NCBI RefSeq assembly: GCF_046119375.1
Contig: NW_027362765.1
Coordinates: forward strand, 120,528,001-120,592,000
Source: Phyllobates terribilis
Taxonomy: Eukaryota
DNA: 64,000 bases
Direction of reading: 5' to 3'
Part shown: positions 53,621 to 64,000 of the stretch, piece by piece
How the letters are laid out: each line of letters begins with the position of its first letter
Position numbering within the stretch: position 1 is the first letter of the stretch
Program-made: the position numbers and the translations under genes
Notes under the pieces: generated by a model
Databases searched by the model: none
Told to the model about the DNA's origin: nothing
Seen by the model: the letters and a program-made list of their open reading frames with translations, nothing else

Positions 53621-55923
53621 CTCAGCTCTAGGAGTCCCTATATACTGGGAAATGGAAGGATCGGGTGACGGTGCGTCTTATGTGTCGTGCCATTTGCATT
53701 TTTCAATAGGAAACCATTGTGGGGATTTTTACAGCTGCGCCACTACCGCACAATAAACCGCACATGCATTGTTTTTATTTTCCTAGAAGCGATAGTTGGT
53801 GCATATGTCCCCAGCCTGAGCGATGTCCCGGGGCGGCAGCAGACTTGATTTCAGGCATCTATGGAGGGAAAGATTTGTATCTTTCTTCTTACGGTTTCAG
53901 TAAGGTTACTATTTGAGGAAGATTTTTTTGCACTTGTAAAATTGGGCTAGGGCACAAGCACAGTAATGTATGCAGATCATGGTTAGATGTATTGATCTGG
54001 AAGGTGCAATACCCCCCCACTCAGCCATGTGGGGGGCAGTGTTACTCAACAATCCAAGGGAAGGCCGGGGTGGGCAGCCACACAATGCTTTAATCAATTT
54101 GCACTTGATCATGTGATTAGTTGAAATCTTTTCTTTTTCAGAGGAGAAGGGAACATTCTGAGTCTCCGCCATTACTTTTGCACAGTCTGGGGAAGAAGTT
54201 GTGTGTGTGGTGGTGGGGGGGGGGATTTTGGCATGTTTCTATATTGTGTACCCTGTGCTTTGTGTTTTAAAATTTAACCCCATTGCAGGAAGCTAGATTT
54301 TGGGGACACAGAAGAAAGGAGCAAGGTTGTTTTTGAAGATTGGTTGCAGCACCATAGAAATCTGGTATAATCATTGGGGTCTTTAATTTCCTCCTGGGTA
54401 ACATATTTGACAACTCTCTCATCCTTATCATCTGATTGCATTTTATCCCCAGACACTAATATACAATATGGTAGTTTCCATGCGGGAAATCCTGCAATTT
54501 CATTTAGTAGCAGTACCTGTTAACAATCAGTAGATGGCGATGTTGTCAATGCCATACATTGAGAATGTTGTGTACTAGGGAAGAGAAGCCCGTCATTTAC
54601 AACCTAGCAGGCCATTGACTTTATAGGATTGCCACCCAATCCGCAGGCACTGCCGTGGTTGCACAATCACTTTTTTTTTTTATAGCACATATAAGCTATA
54701 CGTAATGGTGTCAAATATGGCATGAATGTGGATATTTCTGCAACTGCACGTGATCCACCTATAATCTAATGTCGATATCTATCTGAATATTCTGCATCCG
54801 TTATGTCTAGAACTAATGGCAGCAATCATGGATTGCATGACTGGGGGTTCTGTCATTTCACCCTTCCTCCTTTCGTCATCACAATGCCAAAACCAGACTG
54901 ATGGGGGCAGTGTTGGATGCAAGATTCATAGGCGATGTACGGTGCCATCATGCCATGTGTGATGTGGGCCATTGTGCTAGAGCTGCCTGGCACTGTAACG
55001 GATATTTCACAGACGGGGTGGGGGGATATAGCACCATGCAGCGTCCGAGGCACATTCCAAAGTTACATGAAGCAAAAAGTAATGATATAAGCTTTATTTT
55101 ATAAAAAAATTCTTGCACTAAGTTTGGCCTGGAAAATAAACATGCCATAGATAGAGGTGGTGAAAGGGGGCCGGGCTGGTATATGCACTAGGGATGGTAT
55201 ATTGTAGCCTGCAGGAGGGGCACCACGCTACTTGTGCACAGGATGTAGTGTCTGTGCCCGCAGCAGAGATGTACGTCCTGGGGGAGGGAGTCCTTACTTG
55301 TGAAATGTAGGGAAAAGGTGTAGGCTGTGTAATTGTTTCTTCCATATGTGCGGCTGTGACTGTTTGACAGTATACACACAGCGCCACCTCATGGAGACTA
55401 ATGTGCCAAGCACAGAGCTAAACCTTTTGTCAGTTATCCTGGTAAAAAAAAAAAATAAAGATTTTTCTTTTTGTAATTTCTGGTTTATATTATTTCCTTC
55501 CAGATACATACAGTGGGGGCTAAAAGTCCTTAAAACCTCTTGTAAGGCGGAGTTCACACGTGCATTATTTGAGGTTTTCTGTTCCATCATAGGAGCAAAA
55601 AAAAAAACCTAAAAATGATCAGAGTACTGACACAAAACAGTGGTGCTGAATGGACCCCCTTGATTTGTGTTCATGGATGGGTCGACCACTATTTTTTTAA
55701 TTAAATGCATGTAATTGGGGCTAAAATCATTTTTGCAGTTGGTTTTCATTAAAATATGTTGCACTATTTGCTTTCTATGTTGCCATGTCTATTGCTCGCT
55801 GTAGAATGAGTTAGCCAAGAATCAGTCTGTGAGTTCTCTATGACAGTCTGACTGGGGAGCTTGTAACGTATCTGGCTGACTTACAAGTGCTTCTCACTAA
55901 ATTAGAATATCATCAAAAAGTTA

Positions 55924-57254
55924 CCGTATATACTTGAGCATAAGCCGACTCCTGGTATGCATGGCCCCCTCATCCCAATCCTGGTATGCATGGCCACCTC
56001 ATCCCCAGTCCTGGTATGCATGGCCCCCTCATCCCCAGTCCTGGTATGCATGGCCCCCTCATCCCCAGTCCTGGTACGCATGGCCCCCTCATCCCCAGTC
56101 CTGGTACGCATGGCCCCCTCATCCCCAGTCCTGGTACGCATGGCCCCCTCATCCCCAATCCTGGTACGCATGGCCCCCTCATCCCCAATCCTGGTACGCA
56201 TGGCCCCCTCATCCCCAATCCTGGTACGCATGGCCCCCTCATCCCCAATCCTGGTACGTATGGACCCCTCATCTCCAGTCCTGGTACGTATGGTCCCCTC
56301 ATCCGCAATGCTGGTATGCATAGCACCCCTCATCCCCAGTCCTGGTATGCATGGCCTCCTCATCCCCCAATTCTGGTATGCGTGGCCTCCTCATCCCCCA
56401 ATTCTGGTATGCGTGGCCTCCTCATCCCCCAATTCTGGTATGCGTGGCCTCCTCATCCCCCAATTCTGGTATGCGTGGCCTCCTCATCCCCCAATTCTGG
56501 TATGCGTGGCCTCCTCATCCCCCAATTCTGGTATGCGTGGCCTCCTCATCCCCCAATTCTGGTATGCGTGGCCTCCTCATCCCCCAATTCTGGTATGCGT
56601 GGCCTCCTCATCCCCCAATTCTGGTATGCGTGGCCTCCTCATCCCCCAATTCTGGTATGCGTGGCCTCCTCATCCCCCAATTCTGGTATGCGTGGCCTCC
56701 TCATCCCCCAATTCTGGTATGCGTGGCCTCCTCATCCCCCAATTCTGGTATGCGTGGCCTCCTCACTGCACACACAAAAAATAAACACTTATACCCACCT
56801 TCCTTCCTCCCTCACCTCTGCTCCAGCACTGCGTCCTGTTCTGCTGCAGCAACTCATGTCAGCATCTGAGCAGCGCATGGCGTCACTGCCATGCGCTCTC
56901 AGATGCTGATGTGATCTGCCAACATATTCACTCCTCTCCACGCCGGGACTATGTGCATGGGGAGGAGTGAATATGCATTCTCTTTAGTAGCGAGTAAAGA
57001 GAATGAATATTCATTCTTCTCCATGCCCATGGGAGTGTAGAAGAGGGAATATTCATTTCCCTATAGCAGCGAGCACACGTGGTAGCTGCAGCAGCCGGCT
57101 TACTGCGTGTGCCCCGCTCCTCCGTCGCCACAACCCCCCCCTCCCCCCATTATCCACCACCGGAATTTTTATATACTCGAGTATATACCTGAGGGGGGCT
57201 TTTTCAGCACAAAAAATGTGCTGAAAAGCTTGGCTTATACTTGAGTATATACGG
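55924..57254. mobile_element. Non-autonomous Tc2/pogo-like element nested in the Tc1 TIR
   Basis: TIRs ccgtatatacttgagcataagcc / ggcttatacttgagtatatacgg; TA TSD. Removing it restores aaaaagttaatttatttcag seen in copy B. Confidence 0.88.
55950..56765. repeat. Bipartite 30/31-bp minisatellite
   Basis: About 13 copies of cctggtaYgcatggccccctcatccccaRt, then about 13 near-identical copies of aattctggtatgcgtggcctcctcatccccc. Confidence 0.96.
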
Positions 57255-58849
57255 TAATTTATTTCAGTTCTTAAGTACAATAAAGTGAAACTCATATATT
57301 ACAAACAGAGTGATCTATTTCAAGTGTTTATTTCTGTTAATGTTGATGATTATGGCTTACAGCCAATGAAAACACAAAAGTCATTATATCAGTAAATTAA
57401 AATAATTAACAAAAAACATCTGCAAAGGCTTCCTACTTGTTTAAAAAGGTCCCTTAGTCTGTTTCAGTTGGCTCCACAATCATGGGGAAGACTGCTGACT
57501 TGACAGATGTCCAGAAGGCAGTCATTGACACACTCCACAAGGAGGGTAAGCTACAAAAGGTCATTGCTAAAGAAGCTGGCTGTTCACACAGTGCTGTATC
57601 CAAGCATATTAATGGAAAGTTGAGTGGAAGGAAAAAGTGTGTTAGAAAAAGGAGCACAAGCAACCGGGATAACCGCAGCCTGTAAAGGATTGTTAAGAAA
57701 AGGCCATTCAAAAATTTGGGGGAGATTCACAAGGAGTGGACTGCTGCTGGAGTCATTGCTTCAAGAGCCACCACACACAGACGTATCCAGGACATGGGCT
57801 ACAAGTGTCACATTCCTTGTGTAAAAGCCACTCATGACCAATAGACGCTAGAAGTGTCTTACCTGGGACAAGGAGAAAAAGACCTGGACTGTTGCTTAGT
57901 GGTCCAAGATGTTTTCAGATGAAAGTACATTCTTCATTTCATTTGGAAATCAAGGTCCCAGAGTCTGGAGGAAGAGTGGAGAGGCCACAATCCAAGCTGC
58001 TTGAGGTGTAGTGTGAAGTTTCCACAATCAGTGATGGTTTGGGGAGCCATGTCATCTGCTGGTGTAGGTCCACTGTGTTTTATCAAGACCAAAGTCAGCG
58101 CAGCCGTCTACCAGGAAATTTTAGAGCACTTCATGCTTCCCTCTGCCAACAAGCTTTTTGGAGATGGAAATGTCATTCTCCAGCAGGACTTGGCCCCTGT
58201 CCACACTGCCAAAAGTACCAATACCTGGTTTACAAACAACAGTATCACTGTGCTCGATTGGCAGAAAACTCGCCTGACCTTAACCCCATAGAGAATCTAT
58301 GGGGTATTGTCAAGAGGAAGATGAGAGACACCAGACCCAACAATGCAGACGAGCTGAAGGCTGCTATCAAAGCAACCTGGGCTTCCATAACACCTCAGCA
58401 GTGCCACAGGCTGATTTCCTCCATGCCACGCCGCATTGATGCAGTAATTGATGCAAAAGGAGCCCCGACCAAGTATTGAGGGCATTTACTGAACATACAT
58501 TTCAGTAGGCCAACATTTCAGATTTAAAAACATTTTTCAAGCTGTTGTTATAAAGTATTCTAATTTACTGAGATAATGACTTTTGTGTTTTCATTGACTG
58601 TAAGCCATAATCATCAACATTAACAGAAATAAACACTTGAAATAGATCACTCTGTAATGACTCTATATAATAGGAGTTTCACTTTTTGTATTGAAGAACT
58701 GAAATAAATTAACTTTTTGATGATATTCTAATTTAGTGATAAGCTCTTGTATGACCACAGACAACATCAAAGTTGAATGTACAGAAAAGCAAAACGGTGC
58801 TAAATTTTTAATGCAACTCAATTGCAAAGATGATTTTTAGCCCCAACTA

Positions 58850-60410
58850 CACTGCTCAAAAAAATAAAGGGAACACTCAAATAACACATCCTAGATCTGA
58901 GTGAATGAAATATTCTCGTTGAATACTTTGTTCTGTACAAAGTTGAATGTGCTGACAACAAAATCACACAAAAATCATCAATGGAAATCAAATTTATTAA
59001 CCAATGGAGGCCTGGATTTGGAGTCGCCCCCAAAATTAAAGTGGAAAAACACACTACAGGCTGATCCAACTTTGATGTAATGTCCTTAAAACAAGTAAAA
59101 ATGAGGCTCAGTGTTGTGTGTGGCCTCCACGTGCCTGTATGACCTCCCTACGCCTGGGCATGCTCCTGATGAGGTTGCGGATGGTCTCCTGTAGGATATC
59201 CTCCCAGACCTGAACTAAAGCATCTGCCAACTCCTGGACAGTCTGTGTTGCAACGTGACGGTGGATGGAGCGAGACATGATGTCCCAGATGTGCTCAATC
59301 GGATTCAGGTCTGGGGAACGGGTGAGCCAGTCCATAGCTTCAATGCCTTCATCTTGCAGGAACTGCTGACACACTCCAGCCACATGAGGTCTGGCATTGT
59401 CCTGCATTAGGAGGAACCCAGGGCCAACCGCACCAGCATATGGTCTCACAAGGGGTCTGAGGATCTCATCTCGGTACCTAATGGCAGTCAGGCTACCTCT
59501 GGCGAGCACATAGAGGGCTGTACGGCCCTCCAAAGAAATGTCACCCCACTTCATTACTGACCCACTGCCAAACCGGTCATGCTGAAGGATGTTGCAGGCA
59601 GCAGATCGTTCTCCATGGCGTCTACAGTCTCTGTCACGTCTGTCACATGTGCTCAGTGTGAACCTGCTTTCATCTGTGAAGAGCACAGGGTGCCAGTGGC
59701 GACTTTGCCAATCCTGGTGTTCTGTGGCAAATGCCAAGCATCCTGCACGGTGTTGGGCTGTGAGCACAACCCCCATCTGTGGACGTCGGGCCCTCATACC
59801 ACCCTCATGGAGTCAGTTTCTAACCCTTTGTGCACACACATGCACATTTGTGGCCTGCTGGAGGTCATTTTGCAGGGCTCTGGCAGTTCTCCTCCTGTTC
59901 CTCCTTCCACAAAGGAGGAGGTCGCGGTTCTGCTGCTGGGTTGTTGCCCTCCTACGGCCCCCTCCACGTCTCCTGGCCTGTCTCATGGTAGCGCCTCCAG
60001 CCTCTGGCCACTACGCTGACAGACACAGCAAACCTACTTGCCACAGCTCGCATTGATGTGCCATCCTGGATGAGCTGCACTACCTGAGCAACTTCTGTGG
60101 GTTGTCTGTCTCATGCTACCACGAGTGTGAAAGCACAACCAACATTTAAAAGTGACCAAAACATCAGCCAGAAAGCATTGGTACTGAGATGTGGTCTGTG
60201 GTCCCCACCTGCAGAACCACTCCTTTATTGAGGGTGTCTTGATAATTGCCAATAATTTCCATCTATTGTCTATTCCATTTGCACAACAGCATGTGAAATT
60301 GATTGTCAATCAGTGTTTCTTCTTAAGTGGACAGTTTGATTTCACAGAAGTTTGATTGACTTGGAGTTATATTCTGTTGTTTAAGTGTTCCCTTTATTTT
60401 TTGAGCAGTG
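58850..60410 (-). mobile_element. Defective full-length Tc1 (DD34E) of a third family
   Basis: TA|cactgctcaaaaaaataaagggaacact TIRs at both ends; ORF remnant 59108-59797 with [23 protein letters not shown] (34 spacing). Confidence 0.93.
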
Positions 60411-63335
60411 TATATGCATTTAATTAAAAAAATTCCCCCCAAAGGTGAACAACCCCTTTAAGGTTGGGTGCAGATTTCTTCACAAACACTGAACAAAAAA
60501 AAATGTACCTTTAATGGATCAGAGCAGCACACTCGACTAACCGTGGACAGGATGATGGTAACCAGACATTACTGTGTCAGCGGGGAATGTCAGGGACCAT
60601 TGGAGTCCGTCTTGTAACGGATCCCAGCACTTTGTTCTGCTTCTATATAAAATTAAGCAACTGAATTAGTGCAGATGCGGACGGGAGCCTTTTAATCGGA
60701 TCAAGCATGTGGTCCGTTACCTTGACCAGAGAAATGGCTCCGTCACAGAATCCAACAGATTTGTAGGGAAGAATAGGCCCCTTACCGAGACACCTGACCG
60801 ACCTCAGACGTGCGATACCAACCCTAGGATGAGTACATAACTGGGTTGTGGAAACACTGACCATGCTCAGATCGCTGGGTCTCCTGAGCTAATTACCTCA
60901 TGTGTCTTATGAATCAGATCAGGAGACCCAGCAGTCAGGCCAGTTATTGCAGTCGGAGCACAGTCCATGTTTCAAGGACGTGTGAAACCAGTCTGAGGCT
61001 GAGCTCTCACCTCTGTATTATACCGTCTATGCTCAGACTACAATACGTTCCCTGACCATGGGTCTAATGCCCAAACTAGCCACTTTGTATGTCTATGGGC
61101 CTATTAGTTCGGGTCAGCAGACCCACAGTTAGACTGGCTATTGCAGTCCGAGCATGGACCGTATAATATGGATGTGTGAATTCAGCCCGAGGCAGGTCTT
61201 ACAGCGACCTCCTGCCTGTATTCTCAGTAACAGTGTAGTCAGGTGGCTGTATAAATCAGATGGCGGTGCTCGGTCTGGCCACAGCTCTCGCGACCTGAGT
61301 TTGTGCAATGCGGTCCGATCTCGATCCTATTCATACAGTTGCCTGACTGCGCCCTAAGAGTCAAGAGGCAAAACTCCTCCAGTGGCTTTATCTTCTTGCG
61401 AACAACAGGACTGGGCAGTTGAAATCCAACATGTCCAATCCTTTAACAAGGCCCTGGCGTCTTCTACTCTTCTTCAGCTGTCCCTTATTCAGCTCTGTCT
61501 TTGGGAGAGTAAACTCATGCTCATGGTTAGAAATTGTCCATAACACCATTCAATGGCGATAAAATTAGAATAGACAATTGCATGATGACTGAACGCTTAT
61601 CTAAAAGGAAAATTCGCAGTGTATCCGCCCTGTGTACATACCAAGATAATCTGGTACGTCTCATTTTCCCAGAGGCCACTGGTGATATTACGACATTTGT
61701 CTCTATTAGTAACCTGTAATATCTGATACATTACTCTGTTTTTTTTATTACCTTTATTTTATAGTGTGTTCATATTTTTATGATTCCATTTTGGGTCTAT
61801 AAACCAAAACTTTTGAAAGTCATGATTCATGCTAAAATTCTAAATGCCAGCAGCCACCACTAGGGGGAGCTCATTGTGTATATACCAGTATATTTAAACA
61901 GCTCCTATGGAAAGCAGTACTACCTGTCTAAATCTAAGTTGAGTACTCCCCCCTAGTGGCAGTTGCAGACAGAATTTTATAATAATGGTACAGCTGTATG
62001 TTGGGAAGCAGAATTGTGGGTGCAGTTTGATCAAATATATGGGGAAAAGAATAAAACAATTTGTATACACAGGTTAAAATTTGTCCTGTTTATATCTCAG
62101 CAGAATCTATCTGCATACATATTAAAGGGAACCTGTCTTCAGAGGAGTAGTCTGTAGCCGGCCCCAGACTGCTTCTTCCTGCCCCAGTTGATACTTCTCT
62201 GCCTGTCGATCACTGGGATCTGGGCAGAGAGAATCCGATTGGCTGACGTCACCTGCAACACAGTGTCAGTGTCCTGTATGTTTTCATCGAAATGCCGCAG
62301 TGTTTGAGGAAAACATACCTGGCTACAATCTTGCTGCCATGCCCCGATTCATGACGTCAGTGGTTCAGGGAGCATGAAGCCGATGACTGGATCCATTCCA
62401 ATTATCAGAATGTATTAAACATATGGCGACGATGGAGCGGGAAGTAAACCAGACCGGAGGAGTCACCGAGGCACGATGGGTAATATGTCACTGATGGGTC
62501 CCAGAGCGCTCTCAGGTATACATGAAAATAACCTTCTCTAATCTTCTTCAAGTTACAGGAGTGCAGGGACAAGACCACCACAAAGAAGGAGACCGGACCC
62601 TCTGTGCCCACCCTCATGTAGGTGAAACTGCTCTGCTCCAGTGGAGGAGAACTGGGCTTTGTTTAGGCTCGTTTGCTATATGTGTAGATTTGTATAAAGC
62701 GGAAAAAAGTCTAAAATGATCCAAGATGCTTTTTGGGTCACGCTATTCATAGGTGAAACTTTACAATGGGGGATCCTGTTGCATCAGACATGAAGCCCTC
62801 CTTTCCCAGAGTGATGGTGAATGCTTATTGGACCTGAGGACTGGAGGTTGGCTAGAGAATAGCATCCCAGCCAACATCCACCCTTTTCCTTCCTAAATCA
62901 GCATTTTTGTCCATGGCTGCATCTGGTAGTGCAGCTCTGTGCCATTTAAGTGAATGCTGACACTGAGGGAATTGTTTCTAAACTTTTTTTTTCTTTTCTA
63001 ATCTTCTAGTACAAATTAAGGTTTTTGAACTTTGCACATAATGTACTTGGCTCGTCTTGGGCAATAAATCTCAGGGACCATTGAACAATTTATGCCAAAG
63101 TCTCGACCAATCATAATCACCGCTTAGGAACTGCACATCCCCCTGGACTGAGGTCAGCCGAACTTAGTGAGGCCTTATTATTGTACTAATAATATAAAAA
63201 GTTTAACCGGTGCTTAATGAAAAGCTCTACTTGCTTATATTATCATTTCAGCTTGCTGTCAGTGTATGGAAACATTCTGGTTTATATCCAAGTTTTGAAA
63301 CTCTGTTGTGTTCCTGTCCCACTTTGACATCTTAA

Positions 63336-64000
63336 AGCGCACCTGTCAGCAGGATTGTGCTTAGTAAACTACATAGCGTAATGGTGCTCACCTGACAGTG
63401 TGAGTAAAATGATACCTTTGTTGATGAAATCCGTCCAGTGGTTCTTTTATAATCTTTATTTTCAGTTCTGCCATAATGAGATGCTCTGGGAGGGGCTGTA
63501 GCTGGTGCGCTCATTAGGTATTCCTATTATTGGCCTCTGACAGGTCACTGTGGTTTCAGTGACTTGCCTACTGTTTTTATCACAGAAATTACTAAGGCAG
63601 TATTTAAGTCAAATGTACATCCCCCAAAATAGCCGCTGCGTATTAGCACCTTTTGGTTGCCGAGAGATGCTACTGTGCACGCGCGGGCGATATATTGCTT
63701 AAGGAAAAAGAATTTGGGTGCAGCAATATGGCACCCGCTCTTGCGCAGCAGCATTTCTCAGTTGCCAAGAGATGCTACTGCGCATGAGCGCCGCCATATT
63801 GCTGCACCCAAATTCTTTTTCCTTAGGCAATATGGCACGTGCGCAGTAGCATCTCTCGGCAACCGAACGGTGCTACTGCACATGCGTGGGCGGCAGCGGC
63901 CATTTTGGGGGATGTACATTTGACTTTATCACAGAAATTACTAAGGCAGTATTTAAAACAGTAGGCAGGTCACTGAAACCACAATGACCTGTCAGAGGCC
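63336..64000. mobile_element. TTAA-target palindromic MITE (same termini as 40113-40665), truncated by the window end
   Basis: ttaa|agcgcacctgtcagcaggattgtgct; inner arms about 63530-63700 and 63830-64000 are complementary. Confidence 0.85.

Larger units (their letters stand above)
55884..58749 (+). mobile_element. Defective Tc1 (DD34E), copy C of the same family as copies A and B, interrupted in its left TIR
   Basis: TA|caagtgcttctcactaaattag ... atttagtgataagctcttg|TA; MGKTADLTDVQKAVIDTLH start at 57482 and C-terminal DAKGAPTKY* ending at 58479. Confidence 0.93.

Noticed and set aside
55902-56909. Collagen-like or Pro-rich repetitive ORFs
   Set aside because: They lie wholly within the minisatellite inside a non-autonomous transposon.
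50600-64000. ZBTB46, expected next by synteny
   Set aside because: No BTB domain, C2H2 fingers or recognisable ZBTB46 C-terminus found on either strand; it probably lies beyond the window.

Overview
Vertebrate genomic DNA, most likely an anuran amphibian judging by its repeat content (DIRS, Tc1, TTAA-, TAA- and hAT-type MITEs, V-SINE). It carries the gene block known from human 20q13.33: ARFRP1 (minus, complete, 201 aa), ZGPAT (plus, complete, 498 aa, head-to-head with ARFRP1), LIME1 (plus, about 256 aa) and SLC2A4RG (plus, about 416 aa). Exon structures were traced by hand through GT-AG sites and reading-frame phase. Introns and spacers are filled with nested mobile elements, including a full-length DIRS1 tyrosine-recombinase retrotransposon and an intact-ORF DD38E (Intruder-type) Tc1 transposon. 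Most notable observations: (1) a second copy of ARFRP1 exon 7, duplicated together with its neighbouring Tc1 element 16.46 kb away, inside an inverted-repeat-bounded cassette in LIME1 intron 1; (2) a multi-level TE nest that lets the DIRS integration event be reconstructed base by base; (3) an RFX X-box promoter followed by candidate plus-strand exons (about 53.5-63.1 kb) that may be an unrecognised gene. The long ORFs over 26-28 kb, 30 kb, 38 kb and 56 kb are minisatellite artefacts. No database searches were run; family names rest on recalled motifs and synteny.
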